Under the pieces are notes generated by a model, which was given only the letters and a program-made list of their open reading frames with translations, had not been told where the DNA came from and made no database searches. A DNA stretch of 64,000 bases, taken from positions 32,001-96,000 of the forward strand of contig JAHQWG010000047.1 of NCBI GenBank assembly GCA_029856045.1. The letters are read 5' to 3'. The translations under genes and the position numbers were made by a program. Positions 41,350-52,196 of the stretch are shown here, piece after piece. The first letter of the stretch is position 1, and each line of letters starts with the position of its first letter. This DNA comes from Promethearchaeia archaeon. GTDB lineage: Archaea > Asgardarchaeota > Lokiarchaeia > Sigyniarchaeales > SOKP01.

Positions 41350-41700
41350 TCAAAAAACAACAAAAATCTTTCAAATTCTTTTTTTTTTTTGTCTGGTTTA
41401 ATTTGATTTTTTTTGCAACTATTCTTATGCGATTCTTCAAAAGAAGATAAAGAACTTTATAGATGGATAAGTTGAATTTCTGTTTTAACTGCAACTTAAC
41501 ATATTATTTTGAAAATAAAAATTCCAATTATTAAAAAACTTAAAAATACTCAAATAGAGATTATTTTTTTTATAAAAATTGAAAAAGGAATTACATTTTA
41601 ATAAAAAATAAGAATAATAATCAAATATCCATATTTATATTTATATTCTTAAGAATTGTTTAATTTATTACATTATAATAGCACTCTTTAAAGATTTTTT

Positions 41701-43014
41701 ATGACAACGCAAGTTGATATAGCAAAGCAAGGAAAAATTTCAGAAGAAATGAAAATAGTTGCTCAGAAAGAAGGTGTAGATGCTGAATTTGTTAGAAAAG
41801 GATTAGAAGCCGGCAGGATTATCATACCAAAATCTAACATACGTGATTATGAACCAATTGGTATTGGAAAGGGTTTGTTAGTCAAGATAAATGCCAATAT
41901 TGGATCAAGCATGACTATTTGTAATATTGAGGAAGAATTAGAAAAAGCAAAAATTGCGGTGAAATTTGGCGCTGATACTGTTATGGATTTAAGCACTGGT
42001 GTAACTGAACAAAATTTAATTAATATTAGGAAAAATATTCTAAAAGAAGTAAAAGTCCCCCTCGGAACGGTTCCGATATATCAAGTAGGTCTAAGGAGTT
42101 TGGAAAGAGATGGAGCCATCATAGATATGACCGAAGATGATATGTTTAAGATTGTAGAGGAACAAGCCAAAGAAGGTGTAGATTTTTTTACAATTCATGC
42201 AGGCGTAACTAAAGAGATTATTAATTACCTGAAAGATCATCCTAGAATGATGGGCGTAGTTTCAAGAGGAGGGACTTTTTTGGCTGCTTGGATAATTCAT
42301 CATGATTTAGAAAATCCTTATTATAAAAATTTTGATTACCTTCTCGAAATGGCAAGAGAGTATGATTTTTCACTCTCTTTAGGAGATGGAATGCGCCCAG
42401 GAGGGATTTTTGATTCAACAGATTATGTGCAAATCCAAGAATTATTAACGATATCAAAATTAGTAAAAAGATGTTGGAAAAAAAATATACAAGTTATGGT
42501 TGAAGGTCCGGGACACATTCCAGCTCATGAGATTGAACGGAATGTAAAACTCCAAAAATCAATATGTAATGATGCCCCTTTTTATGTTTTGGGTCCTTTA
42601 GTTACTGATATTGCAAGTGGTTATGATGAAATTGTAAGTGCAATTGGTGGAACAATTGCAGGGTTAGCCGGAGCTGACTTTTTATGTTATGTTACTCCAT
42701 CGGAACATTTAAGCCTTCCTAATATCGAAGAAGTAAAACGAGGGGTAATTGCAACGAAAATAGCAGCACATGCTGTAAATATTTCAAAATACGGAGAACG
42801 TGCTTCAAATTGGGATCGAAAAATGAATATTGCACGCAATAATTTAAATTGGAAAGAAATGATAAAGTTATCAATAGATCCCGAAACAGCGAGAAGCATA
42901 CATAATAGAAGTGGAGAATCTATGGATATGGAGCCTTGCTCTATGTGCGGAGACTTCTGCGCAATTAAAATACTGAAGGAAGCTTTAAGCAGATCTAAAA
43001 AGAAAAAAGGCTAA
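41701..43014 (+). CDS. thiC: Phosphomethylpyrimidine synthase
   Basis: KINANIG, GADTVMDLSTG, VSRGG, EGPGH, CYVTPSEH, CSMCGDFC. Confidence 0.95.
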   Translation: MTTQVDIAKQGKISEEMKIVAQKEGVDAEFVRKGLEAGRIIIPKSNIRDYEPIGIGKGLLVKINANIGSSMTICNIEEELEKAKIAVKFGADTVMDLSTGVTEQNLINIRKNILKEVKVPLGTVPIYQVGLRSLERDGAIIDMTEDDMFKIVEEQAKEGVDFFTIHAGVTKEIINYLKDHPRMMGVVSRGGTFLAAWIIHHDLENPYYKNFDYLLEMAREYDFSLSLGDGMRPGGIFDSTDYVQIQELLTISKLVKRCWKKNIQVMVEGPGHIPAHEIERNVKLQKSICNDAPFYVLGPLVTDIASGYDEIVSAIGGTIAGLAGADFLCYVTPSEHLSLPNIEEVKRGVIATKIAAHAVNISKYGERASNWDRKMNIARNNLNWKEMIKLSIDPETARSIHNRSGESMDMEPCSMCGDFCAIKILKEALSRSKKKKG

Positions 43015-43364
43015 CTTTTATTTCTGATAATTGGAACAATACAAATAAAAATTAAATCATTTTGGCCTAAATTTTTTATTCCATGTTTTTCATTGGGAGG
43101 AATATATAATACGTCTCCTTCATTTACTATTTCCTCTTGTCCAGCGTCATTATAAAAGCTTGCATTACCTCTTAAAATATAGATTTCATGATCTTCGGAG
43201 TGTTCATGAAGAGGAATACTACCTTTTGGTTTTACTTCAAATCGTCTCATAGCATAGTATTTAGCTCCATCACTTTCATCAATCAGCCACCTTACATAAG
43301 CATCTTTGGTATTCTCTAAAGCTACGGGAATACTATCTACGTCTTTATAATTTTTTTTTAACAT
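43011..43364 (-). CDS. Cupin domain protein
   Basis: HEHSEDHE...GD..YIPPNEKH. Confidence 0.9.
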   Translation of the reverse strand: MLKKNYKDVDSIPVALENTKDAYVRWLIDESDGAKYYAMRRFEVKPKGSIPLHEHSEDHEIYILRGNASFYNDAGQEEIVNEGDVLYIPPNEKHGIKNLGQNDLIFICIVPIIRNKS

Positions 43365-43554
43365 AATAATTTAAAGTAATTTTTTCACATTAAATAATTT
43401 TAATTTAATTTAAATTGAAATCCTAATGAGTTTTTTTAAGTCATAAATGAACTTCATTACAAACTCAAACAAGGCATATCCATTTTTATAAAAATTAATA
43501 TATTATAAAAATAAATTTTGGATATAAAACTATATCAGAAATAGTGTTATAATA

Positions 43555-43941
43555 ATGTTAGAAAATTTACCTATAGGTTTGATAGAGAAAATTATAGATA
43601 GTTTACCTGTTGAAATATCTTTTATTGACGCGGAAGATACGGTTAGGTATTATAGTAAGGGGGATAAAAGAATATTCAAGCGAAGTCCTGCTGTAATTGG
43701 AAGAAAAGTTCAAAAATGTCATCCACCTAAAAGTATTGATAAAGTAGAAGCTATTTTAAATGATTTTAAACAGAATAAGAGAGATGTTGCGCAATTTTGG
43801 ATACATTTGGGAGATCTATTTGTATATATTCGATATTTTGCAGTGCGTGATAAGGAGGGAAATTATTTAGGAACTTTAGAAGTATCTCAAGAAATTACTG
43901 ATATACAAAATCTAAAGGGAGAAAAAAGGCTTTTAGATTAG
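43555..43941 (+). CDS. Stand-alone PAS domain protein (DUF438-associated PAS type)
   Basis: LPVEISFID, GRKVQKCHPPKS, YFAVRD..G.YLGTLEV. Confidence 0.88.
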   Translation: MLENLPIGLIEKIIDSLPVEISFIDAEDTVRYYSKGDKRIFKRSPAVIGRKVQKCHPPKSIDKVEAILNDFKQNKRDVAQFWIHLGDLFVYIRYFAVRDKEGNYLGTLEVSQEITDIQNLKGEKRLLD

Positions 43942-43964
43942 AGAAAAATCTTAAAAACTAAATC

Positions 43965-45491
43965 TCACTTATAATTCAACAGGGATTTTCCTACAACACT
44001 CCAATGCGGTTTAATACCCAACAAATCTAATAAGGTTGGAACTACATCCGTAGTTTTACAATAAGGAATCTCGAGAGATGGAATTTCAAGAGAGCCTCCT
44101 ATAATCAACGGGACGGTCATTGATTTTTTAATAGCAATGTCGTGAGAATATGGATAAGTAGCAACTGTCTTACCGTGTTCGTATCCAAAACCATATTCAC
44201 CAATTGTAGAGATCATAATATCACATGCCCTTGGATTTTTGAAATATCGTGGAAGTTGGTCTATGAAGATAGGATAATCGATTTGGTTAGTTGCTATTAA
44301 CCATTCATCAATACTGTGTGCTTTATAATCTAAAAACCTTTTTGCATCCTCATGATTCTCGTACCCAAATAAATCCTGACTATCAAAAGTGTATTTTGTT
44401 TTTTGGTTTTTTCCATGTCCATCATATTCAATCCTACCTTTCAAAATTTTTCCCGTCTTTTTATCCCGTCGCTCAAGATGGATTATACCTCGATCTGGTG
44501 TATTGTTATCATCACGATAATACATTAATTTTACACCTGGAATTTCCCATAAGGTTTCGAATAAATCCAATTTTTTACTCCCTATTCCACTTGGTTCAAA
44601 ATTTCGCATTTGTTTAATAGTAGGATGATGATGCCAAGTATCTCCTCGGAAATTGAAAAATCCGATAGAGCCGAATGCTGCGTCAAAATCGCCAACTTCT
44701 TTTTTAGGGATATAAGGGATTAATCCTTTTTTCTGGAAGAAAGGCTCTAGGTCATACATATTTTGTGCTTTATAATTACCATGATCTGAAATAATACAAA
44801 TTGCTGTATCCTCATAATATCCTGTATCTTTAAGTGTGCTAAGTAAAGACCCAATATACTCATCACAACTTAAGACTTCATTAATATAATCTGGATGGTC
44901 AAATCCTTTATGGTGCATAAGATCATCCGTTTTTGGTATATATCCTACAGTGATTTTTGGAACTTCCTTAATAGAAAAGAATTTTTCTGGTTCTTGGTAA
45001 GCCTCCTCAATAGTTTTTAATGTTGTTTCTGTTTCAAATTTTTTAGGAGTCTGAAAAAGTGAACCACGAAATATTACGTTTAATGCGCTTAGAAAGTTTC
45101 CTTCACCAGCTTGTTCGAAAATTGTTTGAACATTAGGTCCCAGATCTTTACTAATTTTCCATACTTGCCGTCCATCTCCGTAATTGCGAATAAAAGGAAG
45201 CTTTTTACCTTCTGATGTGGGGGGGTCTGTTCGATTAACCCAATGATAAGTCGGAATACCACTTCCTTCTTTAGGGTAATAACCTGAATAAGCGCCAGTT
45301 ATAATATTGCAATAACAAGGATAAGTGATGCTCGGAAAAGTTGTAATACAATTCTGGCACGAGATTCCATTTTTAGCAAGTTGTGCCATGTTTGGAAGTT
45401 TTCCTCGGTTAATCCATCCATAAAGATGCGAAGCCCTAACATCATCAATAACAATTAAAATTACTTGATTGACTTTAGCAGTTCGATTCAT
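43965..45491 (-). CDS. Alkaline phosphatase superfamily / type I phosphodiesterase-nucleotide pyrophosphatase
   Basis: IDD, FPSITYP (Thr nucleophile), DDLMH, SDHG, SHD. Confidence 0.88.
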   Translation of the reverse strand: MNRTAKVNQVILIVIDDVRASHLYGWINRGKLPNMAQLAKNGISCQNCITTFPSITYPCYCNIITGAYSGYYPKEGSGIPTYHWVNRTDPPTSEGKKLPFIRNYGDGRQVWKISKDLGPNVQTIFEQAGEGNFLSALNVIFRGSLFQTPKKFETETTLKTIEEAYQEPEKFFSIKEVPKITVGYIPKTDDLMHHKGFDHPDYINEVLSCDEYIGSLLSTLKDTGYYEDTAICIISDHGNYKAQNMYDLEPFFQKKGLIPYIPKKEVGDFDAAFGSIGFFNFRGDTWHHHPTIKQMRNFEPSGIGSKKLDLFETLWEIPGVKLMYYRDDNNTPDRGIIHLERRDKKTGKILKGRIEYDGHGKNQKTKYTFDSQDLFGYENHEDAKRFLDYKAHSIDEWLIATNQIDYPIFIDQLPRYFKNPRACDIMISTIGEYGFGYEHGKTVATYPYSHDIAIKKSMTVPLIIGGSLEIPSLEIPYCKTTDVVPTLLDLLGIKPHWSVVGKSLLNYK

Positions 45492-45620
45492 AATTAATTC
45501 TATTTTTTATAAGTTATAAGTTTAAATTTAAAATAAAAGAACGATTATGATTTGAATATAAAAATTTGTATAAGTAATAGAAGTTAATTTTTGGTAGCAT
45601 AAACCAAAATAAAATATTAT

Positions 45621-46493
45621 TTAAACGATAACATAAGAAAGTTTAATTCCTACATCTTCTTTAAGATTTAATGTTCTTCTAATGGCATTTCTAACTAATA
45701 TGCCCCCTATATGAAGGATTGTATCCTTTAATATATTATCTTGATCCATAGAGGCATTACAAGGATATGAGTGATGGGCTTTACTAATATATTCATTTAA
45801 GGAAAGCTCTTTATCGTTAATCTCTTTTGATTTCAATTGCTGGGCAATATAATAAGTAGAACCGCATGGAGCGGATTGTATTACGCATGTATCTTCAATT
45901 GTTTTTCTATCTTTACTTATTAAAAAAGAAATAATCGGCTCTCCAATCTTAAAATAATCAATAAACTCATCAATATTAGAACTTTCTTGTGTTATATTAA
46001 AGCCGGGTTTATTTAGTTCATTTATTTCTTTACTCAGGGAACAAAATGGTTTTGGAAATGCTGCTTGAATTCCGAATTTTTCAAATTCTTCTAATACTTG
46101 TTGTTGAAGTCCTGGAGATACCCATTTTGGATCTTCGATTGGAATAATAACTGCCTTTATATTTTGATCTTTTAAATATTCCGGAAGTCCAGTTAATAGG
46201 TCTGGATGAATTCCAACTACTAAAAGGAAATCCACTTCAGGAAGATTTTTAGGAAAAAAATTCAGCGGTTCTTCAACAAATTCAGGAAGATTTTCGCCAA
46301 TTTGCTCATAAAAAAAAATGATATCAGCATAGCTTTTCAAATGTTCTCTGCAATGATCACATTTTATTTTAACTACCATTTCCTCGCAAGCTTCACAAAA
46401 TTTGTCATCGTTAATCAAATTACCTACAAATCTTTGAGTTAACATCTCTGTGTCTGAGTCGGTTCCATAGAATATTCCCAGTTTATATACCAA
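45621..46493 (-). CDS. DUF166 family protein
   Basis: HPDL, PKPFCSL, SAPCGST, YPCNASM, H..G. Confidence 0.85.
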   Translation of the reverse strand: MVYKLGIFYGTDSDTEMLTQRFVGNLINDDKFCEACEEMVVKIKCDHCREHLKSYADIIFFYEQIGENLPEFVEEPLNFFPKNLPEVDFLLVVGIHPDLLTGLPEYLKDQNIKAVIIPIEDPKWVSPGLQQQVLEEFEKFGIQAAFPKPFCSLSKEINELNKPGFNITQESSNIDEFIDYFKIGEPIISFLISKDRKTIEDTCVIQSAPCGSTYYIAQQLKSKEINDKELSLNEYISKAHHSYPCNASMDQDNILKDTILHIGGILVRNAIRRTLNLKEDVGIKLSYVIV

Positions 46494-46630
46494 AGATTAT
46501 CCCTAACAATTATTTATTTAATTCTTAAAATTAATTTATATTGTTCATTTTATTAAGATTGAAACGCAAATTTCAAAATTGTGATTATTTTTTATAAGAA
46601 AATACAATTTAAAACGATTAACGAACATGT

Positions 46631-48043
46631 TCAATTAGATTTTTCTAAATAATTTAATATTTTTTCAATTTTCATAATCATTTCCTCTGCGTTTTTTGCA
46701 AAAACTCTCATAATTGGCTCTTTACCAATTTCACCTTTATCCCATATAATATCTGGAATTGTTCCATGTTGTTCAAAAATTTTCTTTATTATCCACTGCA
46801 TTGTTGATTCCTCTTTTAAGCTTATATTTTCAGGTTGTTTGCTTCTATCTATTTCCGCAATCTTAAAGAATGAGTCGTTTTCTAATTTTTGTATTAAATC
46901 CGGAACATATTTCATATTCATGACAATGTTTAGTGAATTATCAAATTTTTTAGCGGTTAATATCAGTCTTGCAGTATGATCAGATACACCGAATTTTATT
47001 TTTCCTATAGCCTTAGGATACCCATTAATGATACTAATTCGCCCTTCAATCGCAGCAACCTCAATTGTCGATTGCGCATTAGGTAAAGATACAGAGATAT
47101 TAGTTCTAACTTCTGGAATTAATCTTGAGAAATTTTTTGAACTTGAAATAAAGTTATAAATTTCTTTTACTTGATTTAATACTGCTTTTTTTTCTGGTGA
47201 ATAATCCAATGCTAGAATATATGCTCTATCGCTAATTTTCGTGATATTTTCAAAATTTTTATCAAAAAATTCTTCTGCATTTTGTATTGCAAAATTTAAA
47301 TCCTTTTTAATGGCTAATGCAGCTGTTAAAGCAGCTGAAAAAACACATCCAGTGCCATGAACGTTTTGTTCAATTGGTTTCTGATCTTTTAAGAATTTTA
47401 AGAAATATTGTTTTTTTTTCTTGTTTTCAAAATCAGATATTAATGCTATGTCAGCTATTTTGTTTTTTTCAGGATGACCCCCTTTAATAATAACTGCCTT
47501 AGATTTATGCTCAATTCTTTCATTAGTCATCATAGATAAAATTTCTAAGGCTGCCTTTCTCATTAATTCAATATCATCAAATTCTTGTGTTTTAATATTA
47601 ATACCGGAGAAATACTCTGCTTCTTTAAGATTAGGAGTAATAATTTGTGCACTTGGGAAGAGAGTTTTTTTAAGCTCTGATTCAGTACCTTCTTCTGCTA
47701 GTCTCACTCCAACGCTAGAAACAGTTACTGGATCAACAACGTAATGTACTTGATATTTATTTAAATATTCTGCGATAATTTTTACAGATTCTTTTGTTGG
47801 AATCATACCAGTTTTTGCATATTTTATGGGGTATTTTTCAAATAATATTTTTAATTGTTCCTCTAAAGACTTAATTGGAATCGGAAAATACCCTGAAAAT
47901 GAATCTGCCGTTTGATATGTAACAGCAGTAATAACGGAAAAAGGATAGACTTCAAATTTCTCAAAAGTTCTAATATCAGCCTGAATTCCGGCACCACAGC
48001 TTGGGTCGGTTCCTGCAATTGTTAAACAAAATATTTTTTCCAT
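46631..48043 (-). CDS. thiDN: Bifunctional HMP/HMP-P kinase and thiamine-phosphate synthase (ThiD-ThiN)
   Basis: AGTDPSCGAGIQAD, TPNL.EA, HGTGC; ThiN motifs IPEVRTN, SDHTAR, GKEP. Confidence 0.92.
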   Translation of the reverse strand: MEKIFCLTIAGTDPSCGAGIQADIRTFEKFEVYPFSVITAVTYQTADSFSGYFPIPIKSLEEQLKILFEKYPIKYAKTGMIPTKESVKIIAEYLNKYQVHYVVDPVTVSSVGVRLAEEGTESELKKTLFPSAQIITPNLKEAEYFSGINIKTQEFDDIELMRKAALEILSMMTNERIEHKSKAVIIKGGHPEKNKIADIALISDFENKKKKQYFLKFLKDQKPIEQNVHGTGCVFSAALTAALAIKKDLNFAIQNAEEFFDKNFENITKISDRAYILALDYSPEKKAVLNQVKEIYNFISSSKNFSRLIPEVRTNISVSLPNAQSTIEVAAIEGRISIINGYPKAIGKIKFGVSDHTARLILTAKKFDNSLNIVMNMKYVPDLIQKLENDSFFKIAEIDRSKQPENISLKEESTMQWIIKKIFEQHGTIPDIIWDKGEIGKEPIMRVFAKNAEEMIMKIEKILNYLEKSN

Positions 48044-48067
48044 GAAAATACTTCTTTTGCTTTAAAA

Positions 48068-48661
48068 TTAGGACTTTGATTCTTCAGAAGGAACTCGATC
48101 AAATGCCCATTTTGCTTTGTCATCAAGACCCAAGGCTTGGTATGTTTTTCCTAAATAATAAAAACCTTGAGGATATTTAAAATCTTTTTTTACTAGTTTC
48201 ATTAAATGATTTACAGCTAATGCAAATTGTTTATCTAAATAAAACGCTTTTCCTATTAAAAATAAAACATCTAAATTTTGGCCGTTATCATCTATCAAAA
48301 CAAATAACTTTTCTAATGCCTTTTTAAACTCCTTTTGTTTGATTAATTTCCGTGGAAGTTCCAATTTTTCTAAAAGAATAATATCATCCGCAATACTACT
48401 AAAAACTTTCTCTAGTTCTATATCAACTTTTATCTGTTTTTCTTGCTCTTTTTGTGCTTCTATTTTATTAAAATAGTCTGTAAATTCTGAAATTGTATTT
48501 GAGTCATATTTTTCAGTGCATAATGGACAAACTTGAGAATGAACTAACCATTCTTCTAAACATTTTCTATGAACTTGATGTCCGTTTGGGCAAGTGTAGC
48601 TTTTAATGTTAGAACCTTCTTCTATTTCAATTTTTTCATGGCAAATTATACAAGTAGGCAT
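48068..48661 (-). CDS. RING-H2 finger plus TPR protein (putative E3 ligase)
   Basis: CxxC...CPNGHQVHRKC..EW....CPLC; C-terminal TPR helices. Confidence 0.85.
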   Translation of the reverse strand: MPTCIICHEKIEIEEGSNIKSYTCPNGHQVHRKCLEEWLVHSQVCPLCTEKYDSNTISEFTDYFNKIEAQKEQEKQIKVDIELEKVFSSIADDIILLEKLELPRKLIKQKEFKKALEKLFVLIDDNGQNLDVLFLIGKAFYLDKQFALAVNHLMKLVKKDFKYPQGFYYLGKTYQALGLDDKAKWAFDRVPSEESKS

Positions 48662-48774
48662 TTTGCACCAAATTCAATAAAGCTTCTACACTATAAGAGT
48701 GATTAGATATTAAAAAATTTATTTTTTTCTTAATTAATTTCATTAAAATATACAAAAGATATATTAATATTTTT

Positions 48775-50346
48775 TTGTATTTTCATTTTGAGCATCTTAT
48801 GTCAAAATTAGAATTATTTAATGGTTTGCTAAAAAATTTTATAAGTGTTGTACCTGATGTTGAAGCGGTAATTGTTTCTGACGATGAAGGGTTGATAATT
48901 GCTGCGAAATTAGATAAATCTCTTGAGGAAAAAACGGATTCTATATCTGTACTTTCTTCTCTTGTAAACCCAATTTTAGAAAGAATTAGGTACGAATTTT
49001 CTTTTAAAAAATTTGGAACTGCTAGTTTTGAAACTGAAGATTCTAGAATTTTATTTGTATCTGTAAAAGATAATGCTACTGTAAGTATTATATTAAACAC
49101 ACTTGCTTCTATTGATAAAACTGCTCCCTATGCCTACTTCTTAGCTGAAAAATGTGCCCAAATATTGACAGAGGATAACATAAATCGGATTCAGATATAT
49201 ATTCCAAATTTTGAATATGACGAAAGACAAGAGTTTGATAGGTTAAAAAATCAAATTTATCAAATGAGACTCGCCAAGGGACAATATAAATTTAAATTTA
49301 TTATTGTTGGTGACCACACGGTTGGTAAGACATCAATCGTAATGAGATTTGTTGAAAACAGATTTTCAACCGATTATCGTGCCACTATTGGTTTAAATAT
49401 TTTAACACATAACTATAAATTCTTAAATACAGTGATTAATTTAATGATTTGGGATATTGGAGCCCAAAAATTCTTCCAAAGAGTTCGAAAGACTTATTAT
49501 CAAGGAGCTCATTCAGCATTTTTAGTATTCGATCTTACAAATAGATCTTCTTTTGAGAATCTTGAAAATTGGTATAATGAATTAAAGGGTTTTATTAGTA
49601 TAGATATTCCGGTTGTTGTTGTGGGGAATAAAACCGATTTAAGTAAGGAAAGAAAAATATCTTATCAAGAGGGTGTTTCATTAGCAAATAAGCTAAGAGC
49701 TTCTTATATAGAAACTAGTGCAAAAACAGGGGAAAATGTAGAAGATGCGTTCTCTTTAATCTCCTATCACTATATAGTAAAATCACAACTTGAAGAGGAA
49801 AAAATAGTAAAAGAGAATCTAATTTCAGAAATTAATAGAATAATTGATGTTAAAGGTAAATTAATTTTATCATTTATTGGTTTAAATAAATACTGGAATC
49901 CTGCTCTACAATTGTTTACTGAATTTCGAGATTGGGGTGAAATGAAGACATTGAAAAATGAAGAATTAGAAAAAATTTATTCATTTAATGATAAAGTTAT
50001 TGTTCAAAATTATATAAATCATATTGGAGAGATTAGAGAATCTGATGGAGTTTTATTTATATTTGATGCTAGAAATAAAAAATCCATTGATTTAGAATGG
50101 CGAAATTTAGTAATTAACGGTTTAGATAAGATGAATGAAAATACGAGTGTATTAATTGGCTTAAGAACTTCCGAAGACCATACTCAAACAGGAGTTTGGT
50201 CTAGACTCATCGAAGAATTTAACTTAAATGAATATCTTGAAAAAAAGATGATTTCCATATTATTCTTTAAAATAACTACTGAATATCGATTGGAATTTTT
50301 GGATCAATTCAATACTTGGATTAGTACAATAAGCTCTTTCTTATAA
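48775..50346 (+). CDS. Roadblock/LC7 domain fused to a Rab-like small GTPase with a C-terminal extension
   Basis: N-terminal VEAVIVSDDEGLII; G1 GDHTVGKTS, G2 ATIG, G3 WDIGAQ, G4 NKTD, G5 ETSAK. Confidence 0.88.
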   Translation: MYFHFEHLMSKLELFNGLLKNFISVVPDVEAVIVSDDEGLIIAAKLDKSLEEKTDSISVLSSLVNPILERIRYEFSFKKFGTASFETEDSRILFVSVKDNATVSIILNTLASIDKTAPYAYFLAEKCAQILTEDNINRIQIYIPNFEYDERQEFDRLKNQIYQMRLAKGQYKFKFIIVGDHTVGKTSIVMRFVENRFSTDYRATIGLNILTHNYKFLNTVINLMIWDIGAQKFFQRVRKTYYQGAHSAFLVFDLTNRSSFENLENWYNELKGFISIDIPVVVVGNKTDLSKERKISYQEGVSLANKLRASYIETSAKTGENVEDAFSLISYHYIVKSQLEEEKIVKENLISEINRIIDVKGKLILSFIGLNKYWNPALQLFTEFRDWGEMKTLKNEELEKIYSFNDKVIVQNYINHIGEIRESDGVLFIFDARNKKSIDLEWRNLVINGLDKMNENTSVLIGLRTSEDHTQTGVWSRLIEEFNLNEYLEKKMISILFFKITTEYRLEFLDQFNTWISTISSFL

Positions 50347-50565
50347 AATAAGTAATTCTAATAAATGTTTGTTTATTCAAATTTTTTAAATATTTCAAAT
50401 GAATAATTAATTATTGGTTTATTCTTCATTCATTGATAACTATATCGTCTTCCTTTAAAATAGAAAAATTTTTGAGAAAACAGATTTTAGTGAGAATGAT
50501 TTATTTACTAAAGCTCGTTAAAAAGACTAAGAATTCGTAAATTTAACCTATAAATTCAAATAGAG

Positions 50566-51900
50566 TTGAAATATATGAATAAAAAAATAGTACTTATAGG
50601 GGCTGGTAGTGCAATGTTTGGACCACCTACTTTGACTGATATCTTCCTGAGTAAGGTATTAAGCGATTCAACAATAGTTTTGCATGATATTAATGAAGAA
50701 AAATTAGAAATGATTTATGATTTAGTTGTAGTTGAGAATGAAAGAACTGGAAATAAATTTAAAATAGAAAAAACTATAAGCAGAACTACAGCACTTAAGA
50801 ATGCAGATTTTATATTATGTTCTATTGAAAAAGGTGATAGATTCAAGTTGCGTTGGCAAGATAATACATTCCCAAGAAAACATGGCTCGACTGAAATGAT
50901 GGCTGAAAATGGTGGTCCAGGAGGTTTTTTCCATTCAGCTCGACAAATTCCAGAAATTGTGAAGATTGTAAAGGATGTTGAAAAAATATGCCCTGATGCT
51001 TTATTTATCAATTATTCAAATCCTATGTCTCGAATTTGTTTAGCAATTAAAAGAGTTGCTCCAGATTTGAAGTGTATCGGCCTTTGTCATCAAATAGAGC
51101 TTTTGACAAATTATCATCTATCTAGAATGCTAAATCGGAAGTTAGAAGATATGCAAATAACTACAGGAGGATTAAATCACTTTGCTTTTATCCTTGGAAT
51201 AAAAGATTTAACAACAGGAATAGATTTAATGCCAGAATTTAATTCAAAATGTATTGAATATTTTAAGGACAAATGGGATCGATTTGAGTTTGCAGATTTA
51301 ACTTTTGAAATATTTTCTCGTTTTGGATATTTCCCGTATGTAGGTGATAATCACATATGTGAATATGTCCAATGGTCATCTAATTATATTAAAATCGAAG
51401 ATATCCGAGATTGGATAAAATTAATGGAAGGATCAGGAAAAGTGATAAATGACAAAGTCTTTCGATATCATAAAAGACTTAGAAACGGAAGATATCCAAG
51501 AAAAGGTATGTTTCTTAAAAACCCTTCAGGAGAAAGGGCAATCCCTGTTATTGAAGCAATTATTGAAGATAAAAACTCCCATGAAACAGCTGTAAATATT
51601 CCCAACGATAATATTATCGAAAACCTACCCAAAGATTTATTTATTGAATGTTCTGCCATTGTTAATAAGGATGGTGTTCATGGAAAAAAAATTGGAATAA
51701 TACCTAAAAATATTGCTGCCATTTTGAGGATTGAAGCTTCAATTCAAGATTTATGTGTTGAAGCAATTCTAAAAGAATCTAAGGATCTCGCAATTGCTTG
51801 CTTGGCAATTGACACAAATTGTGGAAGTTTTAAAATGGCTGAAAATATATATAACGAGATGATTGAGATTCAGAAGGATTATTTACCTAAGTTTAAATAA
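50566..51900 (+). CDS. Glycoside hydrolase family 4 (alpha-galactosidase/alpha-glucosidase)
   Basis: IGAGS, GPGG, NYSNP, GLCH, GLNH. Confidence 0.9.
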   Translation: MKYMNKKIVLIGAGSAMFGPPTLTDIFLSKVLSDSTIVLHDINEEKLEMIYDLVVVENERTGNKFKIEKTISRTTALKNADFILCSIEKGDRFKLRWQDNTFPRKHGSTEMMAENGGPGGFFHSARQIPEIVKIVKDVEKICPDALFINYSNPMSRICLAIKRVAPDLKCIGLCHQIELLTNYHLSRMLNRKLEDMQITTGGLNHFAFILGIKDLTTGIDLMPEFNSKCIEYFKDKWDRFEFADLTFEIFSRFGYFPYVGDNHICEYVQWSSNYIKIEDIRDWIKLMEGSGKVINDKVFRYHKRLRNGRYPRKGMFLKNPSGERAIPVIEAIIEDKNSHETAVNIPNDNIIENLPKDLFIECSAIVNKDGVHGKKIGIIPKNIAAILRIEASIQDLCVEAILKESKDLAIACLAIDTNCGSFKMAENIYNEMIEIQKDYLPKFK

Positions 51901-51926
51901 AATATCTTTTCAAGAACATGTAATAT

Positions 51927-52076
51927 TTACTTTTTCAACCTTTCTTTTAATTTATTAGTAATTAGATTGCCCATATCAACTGTAGAAAGAATTTTTAATT
52001 TATCTGATTTAATATCCACAGTTCTACCTTCACCTAAGGCCTGTTCTATACAATTCTCAATATCATTTCCTATATC
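51927..52076 (-). pseudogene. Duplicated 3' fragment of leuB
   Basis: 43/49 aa identical to the C-terminus of 54361..55431. Confidence 0.88.
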
Positions 52077-52196
52077 ATATTTCTGAATCTCTACTAATGC
52101 AAGAGATTGAGATAATATTATTTTAACGTACATCTTATTTAAAACGAATAAATGCTGAAAATTGACTAGATCCTTAAAAGCTGTAGAAAGTTGGGA

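Noticed and set aside
41350-41700. TPP riboswitch upstream of thiC
   Set aside because: Region is extremely AT-rich and lacks the CTGAGA and other conserved aptamer elements.
52077-52133. N-terminal part of the 68-aa ORF at 51927..52133 as a real gene
   Set aside because: Appears to be fortuitous read-in from junction sequence into the leuB fragment.
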